The notes under the pieces are model-generated. The model had not been told where the DNA came from. It did not search any database and saw only the letters and a list, made by a program, of their open reading frames with translations. A DNA stretch of 62,233 nt, taken from Macrostomum lignano. Its lineage: Eukaryota. Position numbers and translations under genes: made by a program. Of the stretch, positions 38,346 through 50,300 are shown piece by piece. The first letter of the stretch is position 1; each line of letters starts with the position of its first letter. The stretch lies in the NCBI GenBank assembly GCA_002269645.1, contig NIVC01004059.1, positions 1 through 62,233 of the forward strand, read 5' to 3'.

Positions 38346-38685
38346 TACAGTCTACATACACAGTGCCTCATTAACGAATTTTGATTGCAATGGAATAATG
38401 ACCTTTTCTGTCCCAATAATTACAGCATGAGTTATAATCTCACAAAAACTCATTGTGATTGGCATCTGTAATTATGTCTTAAGACACAGCTCTGCTTCAA
38501 GAATGTTTTGCATCTGATTATTAGTTTTCAGTAAGAGATTCAGTGTACTTATTGAAGAAATTGCAGGCATTCGCCTTGACAACAATGCAGAAAAAAACTT
38601 ATGATTAATGGTCTGTATTTTCACTTTTAATCAGTCATAAAAAGTGAAAAATTAGTGTGGGAACTAAGCTTGCCCAGGTACATGT

Positions 38686-40156
38686 ACTCCTCTCCCTATC
38701 CCACACTGTCTCCTCTCCCTATCCCACACTCTCTCCTCTCCCTATCCCACACTCTATCCTCTCCCTATCCCACACTGTCTCCTCTCCCTATCCCACACTC
38801 TCTCCTTTCCCTATCCCACACTCTCTCCTCTCTCTATCCCACACTCTCTCCTCTCCCTATCCCACACTGTCTCCTCTCCCAATCCCACACTCTCTCCTCT
38901 CCCTATCCCACACTGTCTCCTCTCCCTACCCCACACTCTCTCCTCTCCCTATCCCACACTCTCTCCTCTCCCTATCCCACACTCCTCTCCCTATCCCACA
39001 CTCTCTCCTTTCCCTATCCCACACTCTCTCCTCTCCCTATCCCACACTCTCTCCTCTCCCTATCCCACACTCTCTCCTCTCCCTATCCCACACTCCTCTC
39101 CCTATCCCACACTCTCTCCTCTCCCTATCCCACACTCCTCTCCCTATCCCACACTCTCTCCTTTCCCTATCCCACACGGTCTCCTCTCTCTATCCCCCAT
39201 TCTCTCCTCTCCCTATCCCACACTCTCTCCTCTCCCTATCCCACACTGTCTCCTCTCCCTATCCCACACTGTCTCCTCTCCCTATCCCACACTGTCTCCT
39301 CTCCCTATCCCACACTCTCTCCTCTCCCAATCCCACACTCTCTCCTCTCCCTATCCCACACTGTCTCCTCTCCCAATCCCACACTCTCTCCTCTCCCTAT
39401 CCCACACTGTCTCCTCTCCCAATCCCACACTCTCTCCTCTCCCTATCCCACACTGTCTCCTCTCCCAATCCCACACTCTCTCCTCTCCCTATCCCACACT
39501 TTCTCCTCTCCCAATCCCACACTCTCTCCTCTCCCTATCCCACACTGTCTCCTCTCCCTATCCCACACTCCTCTCCCTATCCCACACTCTCTCCTCTCCC
39601 TATCCCACACTCTCTCCTCTCCCTATCCCACACTCTCTCCTCTCCCTATCCCACACTCCTCTCCCTATCCCACACTCTCTCCTTTCCCTATCCCACACGG
39701 TCTCCTCTCTCTATCCCCCATTCTCTCCTCTCCCTATCCCACACTCTCTCCTCTCCCTATCCCACACTGTCTCCTCTCCCTATCCCACACTGTCTCCTCT
39801 CCCTATCCCACACTGTCTCCTCTCCCTATCCCACACTGTCTCCTCTCCCAATCCCACACTGTCTCCTCTCCCTATCCCACACTGTCTCCTCTCCCAATCC
39901 CACACTCTCTCCTCTCCCTATCCCACACTGTCTCCTCTCCCAATCCCACACTCTCTCCTCTCCCTATCCCACACTGTCTCCTCTCCCAATCCCACACTCT
40001 CTCCTCTCCCTATCCCACACTGTCTCCTCTCCCAATCCCACACTCTCTCCTCTCCCTATCCCACACTCTCTCCTCTCCCTATCCCACACTCTCTCCTCTC
40101 CCTATCCCACACTCTCTCCTCTCCCTATCCCACATTGTCTCCTCTCCCTATCCCAA
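38686..40156. repeat. 23-bp pyrimidine-rich minisatellite (CTCTCCTCTCCCTATCCCACACT)n
   Basis: Direct reading. Confidence 0.97.
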
Positions 40157-40489
40157 AGTATTACTTGATGACTCATACCAATGGAAATGTTGGAAAGCCA
40201 TCGATTGCAGTGGGCCACCTTCGCTTTGACAACGGACTTGATTATTTTGCTAATTACAATCAGTTTTTGTTTTAGCTATCTTTGAAAGTTGAATAACCAT
40301 CCAGCTTAGGGCCACCTGGTTATAGTGGCGATGAAAGGGAAATGACCGGCTTTTCCAGGAAATTGGATTTTAATGATTTTGCCAGAAAACGGAAAACACA
40401 AAGGCAGCTTGCCTAAATTGAAGTGAAGCTTTCTGCTGCAATCATCGCAGCTTTAAATAGCTTTATATTTCGCCTAGCTGATGTAGGAC

Positions 40490-42812
40490 ACAATGGATTG
40501 CTAATCTATCTCTTCAATATGAGTGCAGGAATAGAATGGATTGCTAATCTATCTCTCCAATATGAATGCAGGAATAGAATGGATTGCTAATCTATCTCTC
40601 CAATATGAATGCAGGAATAGAATGGATTGCTAATCTATCTCTCCAATATGAATGCAGGAATAGAATGGATTGCTAATCTATCTCTCCAATATGAATGCAG
40701 GAGTAGAATGGATTGCTAATCTATCTCTCCAATATGAATGCAGGAATAGAATGGATTGCTAATCTATCTCTCCAATATGAATGCAGGAGTAGAATGGATT
40801 GCTAATCTATCTCTCCAATATGAATGCAGGAATAGAATGGATTGCTAATCTATCTCTTCAATATGAATGCAGGAATAGAATGGATTGCTAATCTATCTCT
40901 TCAATATGAATGCAGGAATAGAATGGATTGCTAATCTATCTCTTCAATGTGAATGCAGGAATAGAATGGATTGCTAATCTATCTCTCCAATATGAATGCA
41001 GGAATAGAATGGATTGCTAATCTATCTCTTCAATATGAATGCAGGAATAGAATGGATTGCTAATCTATCTCTCCAATATGAATGCAGGAATAGAATGGAT
41101 TGCTAATCTATCTCTCCAATATGAATGCAGGAATAGAATGGATTGCTAATCTATCTCTTCAATGTGAATGCAGGAATAGAATGGATTGCTAATCTATCTC
41201 TCCAATATGAATGCAGGAGTAGAATGGATTGCTAATCTATCTCTCCAATATGAATGCAGGAGTAGAATGGATTGCTAATTTATCTCTTCAATATGAGTGC
41301 AGGAATAGAATGGATTGCTAATCTATCTCTTCAATATGAATGCAGGAATAGAATGGATTGCTAATCTATCTCTCCAATATGAATGCAGGAATAGAATGGA
41401 TTGCTAATCTATCTCTCCAATATGAATGCAGGAATAGAATGGATTGCTAATCTATCAATATGAATGCAGGAATAGAATGGATTGCTAATCTATCTCTCCA
41501 ATATGAATGCAGGAATAGAATGGATTGCTAATCTATCTCTCCAATATGAATGCAGGAGTAGAATGGATTGCTAATCTATCTCTCCAATATGAATGCAGGA
41601 GTAGAATGGATTGCTAATCTATCTCTTCAATATGAATGCAAGAATAGAATGGATTGCTAATCTATCTCTCCAATATGAATGCAGGAATAGAATGGATTGC
41701 TAATCTATCTCTTCAATATGAACGCAGGAATAGAATGGATTGCTAATCTATCTCTCCAATATGAATGCAGGAATAGAATGGATTGCTAATCTATCTCTTC
41801 AATGTGAATGCAGGAATAGAATGGATTGCTAATCTATCTCTCCAATATGAATGCAGGAGTAGAATGGATTGCTAATCTATCTCTTCAATATGAATGCAGG
41901 AATAGAATGGATTGCTAATCTATCTCTCCAATATGAATGCAGGAATAGAATGGATTGCTAATCTATCAATATGAATGCAGGAATAGAATGGATTGCTAAT
42001 CTATCTCTCCAATATGAATGCAGGAATAGAATGGATTGCTAATCTATCTCTCCAATATGAATGCAGGAATAGAATGGATTGCTAATCTATCAATATGAAT
42101 GCAGGAATAGAATGGACTGCTAATCTATCTCTCCAATATTGATGCAGGAATAGAATGGATTGCTAATCTATCTCTCCAATATGAATGCAGGAATAGAATG
42201 GATTGCTAATCTATCTCTTCAATATGAATGCAGGAATAGAATGGATTGCTAATCTATCTCTTCAATATGAACGCAGGAATAGAATGGATTGCTAATCTAT
42301 CTCTCCAATATGAATGCAGGAATAGAATGGATTGCTAATCTATCTCTTCAATGTGAATGCAGGAATAGAATGGATTGCTAATCTATCTCTCCAATATGAA
42401 TGCAGGAGTAGAATGGATTGCTAATCTATCTCTTCAATATGAATGCAGGAATAGAATGGATTGCTAATCTATCTCTCCAATATGAATGCAGGAATAGAAT
42501 GGATTGCTAATCTATCAATATGAATGCAGGAATAGAATGGATTGCTAATCTATCTCTCCAATATGAATGCAGGAATAGAATGGATTGCTAATCTATCTCT
42601 CCAATATGAATGCAGGAATAGAATGGATTGCTAATCTATCAATATGAATGCAGGAATAGAATGGACTGCTAATCTATCTCTCCAATATTGATGCAGGAAT
42701 AGAATGGATTGCTAATCTATCTCTCCAATATGAATGCAGGAATAGAATGGATTGCTAATCTATCTCTCCAATATGAATGCAGGAATAGAATGGATTGCTA
42801 ATCTATATCTTT
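40490..42812. repeat. 43-bp minisatellite (AATATGAATGCAGGAA+TAGAATGGATTGCTAATCTATCTCT+CC)n, ~54 units
   Basis: Direct reading; period 43, with occasional 37-bp deleted units. Confidence 0.98.
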
Positions 42813-43484
42813 CTTCAATCTGCATGAAAGAATAAACTGAATTGCAAATTTATAATTTTTAGTGTAGCATTTATTTTTTTGAGCTTTTTATAGAAAGAGA
42901 CAGAGAAAGAGATCTGCAGATGCCGATTATATTGTTGCCACCCACTGGACTGCAACTGGCATTCATAACCATACTTTTATCTTTTTTCAATTGCTTTTTT
43001 CGCTACATAAAGCGGTTTTTAATGCCAATATTTCTCCTTTGTAACCACGCGGAAAAATCGCCAATAATATGAGCTCACGAGATCTGTTTGATCCACAAAG
43101 CTGATCCGCAATCTGTATCAAAAGCTATCGTACAGACCCCCTTTCGTGTGTCGTTTTTGTTCATTTTTATCAGATGTAGCAGCAGCTTCCACTGATCCCA
43201 GCCTCTCGCTCTGATGCTTTTTTCCGTGCTGAATTTAAATTTTAATTCAATATTTTTTGTCAAGTTTTCCTAAAAATTAACAATAAGGTTCTGAACACTC
43301 TACTGACGAAAGTAGAAAAGCCTGAATTTTTATTATCAATTAAAAGAATTTTAATAAATGAAAGTCATTTTTGGAATTATACAACATCGTATTGTGACTT
43401 TTCATTCTTACTGGATAACTTTTTTGACTAGAGAGAAAGTTCACTCACTCACTCACTTGATGACTCATTCATTCTCTCAGTCAG

Positions 43485-43697
43485 TCAGTCAGTCAGTCAG
43501 TCAGTCAGTCACCCACTCACTCAAGTCAGTCAGTCAGTCAGTCAGTCAGTCAGTCAGTCAGTCAGTCAGTCAGTCAGTCACCCACTCACTCAAGTCAGTC
43601 AGTCAGTCAGTCAGTCAGTCAGTCAGTCAGTCAGTCAGTCAGTCAGTCAGTCAGTCAGTCAGTCAGTCAGTCAGTCAGTCAGTCAGTCAGTCAGTCA
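43485..43697. repeat. (TCAG)n microsatellite
   Basis: Direct reading. Confidence 0.98.
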
Positions 43698-43710
43698 ATC
43701 GCAGGTTGAC

Positions 43711-44222
43711 CTCAAAGTGAGCTGTCTCACTGTCAGTCTGAGTCGCTGCTCAAGCCGCCGATTCTCAGATGTGTCGGTGGCAGTTGATGAAGCACAGTTG
43801 GAGGCTGGCTCAACTGGCATGGAAGCTGGCGGTTCGACCCTTCTGCTGAGCTCCATGCGGACTTCCATGGACGAGTCGGCATCCAGTCTGACCCAGTCGC
43901 GAACCGACAGAGTCTGCTGCAGTGCCGGGGGCGGCGGAGGCGTCGGTGGTGGCGGTGGCTGCTGAGACTGATGAGGCTGTGGCGGAGGTGTCGGTGGAGG
44001 CTGAGCAACATCCGGCAGCTTGTCAACTCGTTGACGTTTCGGTGGAATCGGCAAACTGGTGGATAGAATTGGCAGCAGAATGTCCCGGCTGTTCATTCGG
44101 ACAGTGGCCGAACTGGACGAGTGACGAGTGACTTTGCGCTGCTGTCCGTAGCTGAGGGTCGGCTGCATGGTGAGCAGCCTTTCTGAGCTTGGGAGGCAGT
44201 TCTGGGTGCGCTGTGCTGACAT
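43711..44222 (-). CDS. Candidate coding exon, low-complexity Pro/Gln-rich protein with an NLS-like PPKRQRV; family unknown
   Basis: Non-repetitive GC-rich ORF of ~170 codons from ATG 44222. Possible weak donor GAG|GTCAAC at 43711/43710, just before the (CTGA)n tract. No domain recognised. Confidence 0.45.
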
Positions 44223-44494
44223 GCGCAGTGTTTAAACTGATTCGTTGATCAATAATGCATGAGCTTTGAGAAGCCAGTGGCTCACTGAACCGATAAAGAA
44301 TCTCTGCTGTCTTAGCAGGGTTCAAAGTTCCGCCCTATTTTGAGTCTACTAGGCAGTTAAAAGTAAAATTTCTTTTCATTTTAACTTGCTCCACTATATA
44401 GGTAAATGTAGGTGAGCTGAGATTTTGATTAAGTTAAGCTGGATAGAGAAATGCCTGAAGCATTCTGGCACTTTAAATTTACTTTGGTCTGTCC

Positions 44495-45925
44495 CGGTGT
44501 CTGTATTAGTGCCTGTATTAGTGCCTGTATTAGTGCCTGTATTAGTGTCTGTATTAGTGCCTGTATTAGTGCCTGTATTAGTGCCTGTATTAGTGCCTGT
44601 ATTAGTGCCTGTATTAGTCTCTGTCTTAGTGCCTGTATTAGAGCCTGTATTAGTGCCTGTATTAGTGCCTGTATTAGTGCCTGTATCAGTGCCTGTATTA
44701 GTGTCTGTATCAGTGCCTGTATTAGTGTCTGTATCAGTGCCTGTATTAGTGCCTGTAGTAGTGCCTGTATTAGTGCCTGTACTAGTGCCTGTATTAGTGT
44801 CTGTATTAGTGCCTGATTAGTGTGTGTATTAGTGCCTGTATTAGTGCCTGTATTAGTGCCTGTATTAGTGCCTGTATCAGTGCCTGTATTAGTGCCTGTA
44901 TTAGTGTGTGTATTAGTGCCTGTATTAGTGCCTGTATTAGTGCCTGTATTAGTGCCTGTATTAGTGCCTGTATTAGTGCCTGTATTAGTGCCTGTATTAG
45001 TGCCTGTATTAGTGCCTGTATTAGTCTCTGTCTTAGTGCCTGTATTAGAGCCTGTATTAGTGCCTGTATTAGTGCCTGTATTAGTGTCTGTATTAGTGTC
45101 TGTATCAGTGCCTGTATTAGTGCCTGTATTAGTGCCTGTACTAGTGCCTGTATTAGTGTCTGTATTAGTGCCTGATTAGTGTGTGTATTAGTGCCTGTAT
45201 TAGTGCCTGTATTAGTGCCTGTATTAGTGCCTGTATTAGTGCCTGTATCAGTGCCTGTATTAGTGCCTGTATTAGTGCCTGTATTAGTGCCTGTATTAGT
45301 GTCTGTATTAGTGCCTGTATTAGTGTCTGTATTAGTGTCTGTATTAGTGCCTGATTAGTGCCTGTATTAGTGCCTGTATTAGTGTCTGTATTAGTGTCTG
45401 TATTAGTGCCTGTATTAGTGCCTGTATTAGTGCCTGTATTAGTGCCTGTATTAGTCTCTGTCTTAGTGCCTGTATTAGAGCCTGTATTAGTGCCTGTATT
45501 AGTGCCTGAATTAGTGTCTGTATTAGTGTCTGTATCAGTGCCTGTATTAGTGCCTGTAGTAGTGCCTGTATTAGTGCCTGTACTAGTGCCTGTATTAGTG
45601 TCTGTATTAGTGCCTGATTAGTGTGTGTATTAGTGCCTGTATTAGTGCCTGTCTTAGTGCCTGTATTAGTGCCTGTATTAGTGCCTGTATCAGTGCCTGT
45701 ATTAGTGCCTGTATTAGTGCCTGTATTAGTGCCTGTATTAGTGTCTGTATTAGTGCCTGTATTAGTGTCTGTATTAGTGTCTGTATTAGTGCCTGATTAG
45801 TGCCTGTATTAGTGCCTGTATTAGTGTCTGTATTAGTGTCTGTATTAGTGCCTGTATTAGTGCCTGTATTAGTGCCTGTATTAGTGCCTGTCTTAGTGCC
45901 TGTATTAGTGCCTGTCTTAGTGCCC
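44495..45925. repeat. 12-bp minisatellite (TGTATTAGTGCC)n with irregular higher-order blocks
   Basis: Direct reading; marker GTCTCTGTCTTAG recurs at 44617, 45024, 45454. Confidence 0.97.
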
Positions 45926-46189
45926 ACCTCAGATACTCACTGCATCCCCACTGCTCGGTCCCGGACTCGAACCCTTAAGTTATTTTATTTCTGTAATTTA
46001 CTTTATATTTTAAGGTTGTCTTACTTAATCAACCTGGCAGCTGAAACGCACGCTTATCTCCATCAAGTGAATTTTATGAGGCAAATCTGCAAAGCAAGGC
46101 TGGCATTTCAAGGCCATTCAAGCCACCCTAGCAGAGCACCAGAGCTGGCACTGAGAGCGAGTGGCAGGCTGTTGTGTGCGTACGCGAAT

Positions 46190-46577
46190 TGTCAGGAGCT
46201 GTCAGGCTGTCAGTCACTGAATGTTCATGAGGGAGCTGTCAGGCTGTCAGTCACTGAATGTTCATGAGGGAGCTGTCAGGCTGTCAGTCACTGAATGTTC
46301 ATGAGGGAGCTGTCAGGCTGTCAGTCACTGAATGTTCATGAGGGAGCTGTCAGGCTGTCAGTCACTGAATGTTCATGAGGGAGCTGTCAGGCTGTCAGTC
46401 ACTGAATGTTCATGAGGGAGCTGTCAGGCTGTCAGTCACTGAATGTTCATGAGGGAGCTGTCAGGCTGTCAGTCACTGAATGTTCATGAGGAAGCTATCA
46501 GGCTGTCAGTCACTGAATGTTCATGAGGGAGCTGTCAGGCTGTCAGTCACTGAATGTTCATGAGGGAGCTGTCAGGC
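46190..46577. repeat. 37-bp minisatellite (GAGCTGTCAGGCTGTCAGTCACTGAATGTTCATGAGG)n, ~10 units
   Basis: Direct reading. Confidence 0.97.
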
Positions 46578-46819
46578 TTCCAGTTGCTGAAGGGTACATA
46601 AGCACACGATGAAAGTACATAATGAAATCGATTTGCAGATTTGCAGACTGATTGACATGATTCTGAGATCAGGTGCTTAAATAATCCAGGAGAATGTAGG
46701 CAATAATTTTAACCAAAAAAATTAGTTTGGATTATTTATCTGAATTATTTACACTGAAATGTCTTAAACTATACGCGCCAGAGGGGCCAGAGGGGCTTAC
46801 AAAATTACAAGTTCAATTC

Positions 46820-46880
46820 AATCTGCTGCATCAAGTCTCTCCAGCTTCTCCCTGACCCAGCCGACCTCTGAATTTTCCAG
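46820..46880 (-). pseudogene. Short remnant of the C-terminus of a paralogue of the adjacent ANK-Mab-21 gene
   Basis: EVGWVREKLERLDAAD* vs KIGRVRRKLERLDAAAGV at 47355-47400; nucleotide match CTGCTGCATCAAGTCTCTCCAGCTTC. Confidence 0.75.
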
Positions 46881-47324
46881 GTTCCTGCAGATACGCTCGT
46901 AGCTGCTACCTGTGCATTTGGCTTGAATATCCATTGAACAGCATTGGCAATTGGATATTGAAGTCCGCAGAACAAAATCACAGAGAAAAGCCCGCATCAA
47001 AGCAGACACGCGGTTTGAACGAAAAAACAAAAATACAAATTTAGCATGCAGTGCAATAAATTGAATTGCAGCAAAAATGTACAAAACTGCAGTTTTTGTA
47101 CATTTGTACATTTGTACATAGCATGAGGGCTGCTCAGACAGATCAAAGTAGCCTTTCAATAGCTAAAATACACAGAAATAGGCAGAAAACGCAGATCCCT
47201 CATCAAGCCAGCATGCATCAGAATAAACAGTTTGATTGAACAAACCCAAAGTACATGAAATTGTGTCAGCATCGATAACCGCACAAGACAGTCGTCAGTC
47301 TGCCTCAGCCTTCCTTTTCCGACC

Positions 47325-50300
47325 TCAACTATGCGACTCGACTTTGAGGACTCCGGCTGCTGCATCAAGTCTCTCCAGCTTCCGCCTGACCCTGCCGATC
47401 TTCTCCTCGTCCTGCGTCTCCATGGCGACGCGTCTCTCTTTCTCGATCATCTCCATCTGTTGCAGGCTGAGCTCCACGTGCTCACGGCAGTCGCTGTAGT
47501 GAGCCAGAGTGAGCAGCTCCTCCAAGTCCGGGTCTCCAAGCAGCTGTTCAATCCAATGATCGAATGCGATTGCAGGTGCGCGATTGCGGAGCAGCTCAGC
47601 TTGGAGACTCCAGCTCAGGCAGCAGAAGTTCACGTACAGGTGGGAGGAGAGAGGCTGCGACAGTCTGGCTGTGAACAGAGTCTGCGTGAACTCGGAAAGG
47701 AATGGGAAGCGAGGCGGAGAGTCGCAGGGGAGGCAGAACCTCCACGCCCAGTCTGAGTCTTCTGGCAATTCAGTTGGGCCATGTACAGACCCTCGGTGAC
47801 GAATATCCTGTGGCTTCAACCCTGACTGAACCTGATGTCTCTGCAGCTCCATCGCGAGTCTCTCAGCCTCCTCAGATTCTGCGAACTTCAAATGCGCCAT
47901 GGCGGTCATGCACAGGGCGACGCACTTGCACCACTGCAGCTCATGCAGGAGGCCGAGATGTCTCATCAGGGTGTCTCTGTCGCTCGATTCCGACTGCAGC
48001 TCGCTCACACACCGGTGCACCACACTGTACACGTCTGTGAACTTGTAGTACATTTCTAGTTCTTCACTGCCTTCTCTGATCTCCGTGACAGCAGGCGGCG
48101 CTGACAGAGGTAGCAGAGTGAACGGGTGAAATTAGAACTTCTCTGATTGCAGAGGTCTCACGAGTCTCCTCAGCTGCTCGACCACTCCGCCGATGTCGCT
48201 TCTCAGCTCACAAAGTCGGTCTCGAACCCTCGCCTTCGTGTTGTCGAAGTCGCCGCCGATTCCAGCGTTCTTGAAGTAGAGCGGAGCGTCGGGCATGAAG
48301 AAGTGCGGCATGCACTCATCGGGCGAGCTGCTCGACCTCATGAATCTCAGCCTCATGTCGAGAGACTCCTTGAGCAAAGCGATCAGATTGTGGGGCTGCC
48401 AAGAACACCAACTATATCTGCCAGGCTTCTCCAGCATTGTGAAGAGCAGAGTCTTTGCATGGTAGGTCTTGAGTCCAGGTGTGTCCAGAGTGAGCGGCAA
48501 GTGTCTCTTGAAGATGAACTTGATGAGTGTGAACAGCTGGCCCTGGACTGTGCTCAGCCGTCTCATGATGTCTTTCTCTTGGAAGCTGAAGCTCACTCTG
48601 AGCTCGTTGGTCGAGCTCGGTCTGGTCGCCCGAACGAGGTGAACATAATTTCAGCTTCCATTGAGCAGGTTGGCTGCCTGCAGAGCGCAGTGAGCGGAGA
48701 GTCGCTTTGTGACAAGTGAAGAAGATGGGTATTTCTTAAAACTGGAAATATACCCATGCGCTAATGCGAAATATACACAGCTTTAGTAGTTAAATATATG
48801 CTCCTGTGAGGCAGGAGCCTCTGCACCCACTGCGTGTGTCCAGCTTCAGCTTCAGCTGTTCTGGCTTCATCAGGTAGCAGCTCATCACATCTGCTCAAGC
48901 ATCCTCAGGATTCAAAACCCAATGGCCCGGTCCAATGATTCCAGTTGGCATCAGAGTTTTCTTACCAATTGAAATTTCAGTTTCAATTCCAATATCACTT
49001 AAAACTAAAATATTTTCTCTCGACTGCTTTTAACGCTTCAATTAAATTTGCGGCCAGAAGAGGCAGAACATATTTTTTTCAATTAGCTCTTTCCAAATGC
49101 TCAAGCATCATCAGGACTCAGTGCCCCGCTGCAAGGCACCAATCAGCAGTCAGGGCGGCTTCGGTTCATTTTGTTTGAAATTTCCAAGTGAGAGCAGCAG
49201 CACCTCAGCAGAGCCATCCCGCCTACCGTGGGTCACCCAAGCACCGCTGCACCCACTCTGCTGCAATCGGAGCCTGTGAATTCAAAACCCAATGGCCCGG
49301 CTCAGCCAGTCGGCATCAGAGTTTTCTTTTCAATTTCGCCTGCCGCTTGTTTCAGCACCCAAACCGACATTCGCAGTCACAGAAGCTGCTGGAGGCTGGG
49401 CGCCACACGGTTGCGAATTTAGAAATTGAGCAAAGTTAATGGGCTTCCAGTTGCATGCGGATCTCAGCATTCTGATGATGAACCCAGCCTCACTCACCTG
49501 CTCCCACTGCCACCTGTGCGTGGCCCTCCGTGACCTGCAGCCGAGTGGCGCCTCTGCATGCGGCCTTTCTTCTTTTGCAGCCTCCTTTGAGATGGAACTG
49601 CTGCCCAGCAACCAGCACAGTCCAGTCAATGTCCGAGTCTGCAGCTGTCCTGCCGTTCACTTGCACCAGACTGTTGGCCCAGCCCTCTGCGTAGCTGCCC
49701 GTCATCCGCCTGCCATCCTGTGTGAGGACTCGAGCGACTCCTTCCAGCCAGTCAGCCAGTCTCTGCTGACACTTTGCTCTCTGCTCGGTGAATCCCGCAT
49801 CGCTGAGCAGTCGATGCAGCTCCTCGCTCAGGCGCCTGCGTTGCTGGTAGTCGCCTGAGAGCCTGGAATGATCCCAGATGCGTGTGGGTGATTTGCTCAG
49901 AATTGGATGGACAGAACAAGCAGGAGAGCTGAGAGTGCTGCTGCTTCAGCACTCAGACTGGCATCTCAAGCAGGAGAGCTGAGAGTGCAGCTGCTGCAGC
50001 ACTCAGACTGGCATCTCAAGCAGGAGAGCTGAGAGTGCAGCTGCTGCAGCACTCAGACTGGCATCTCAAGCAGGAGAGCTGAGAGTGCAGCTGCTGCAGC
50101 ACTCAGACTGGCATCTCAAGCAGGAGAGCTGAGATTGCAGCTGCTGCAGCACTCAGTCCAACCCAATCTCAGCCCTCCTGAGTTTCGCTGCAATTTCTGC
50201 CCCAAGCTGCCAGCCTGTTGGAAGGCGCAATGCGGCAGTGAAAGCCAAACCGGCCAGGCTCACCGATGGAAGCCCGAATCCAAGCGGTGAGCGGCTGCTT

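Noticed and set aside
48895-49340. Short internal duplications (TTCAAAACCCAATGGCCCGG at ~48911 and ~49281) as missing NTase exons
   Set aside because: Every frame contains stops and I could not find the third catalytic motif, so they are treated as scrambled intron or pseudo-exon sequence.
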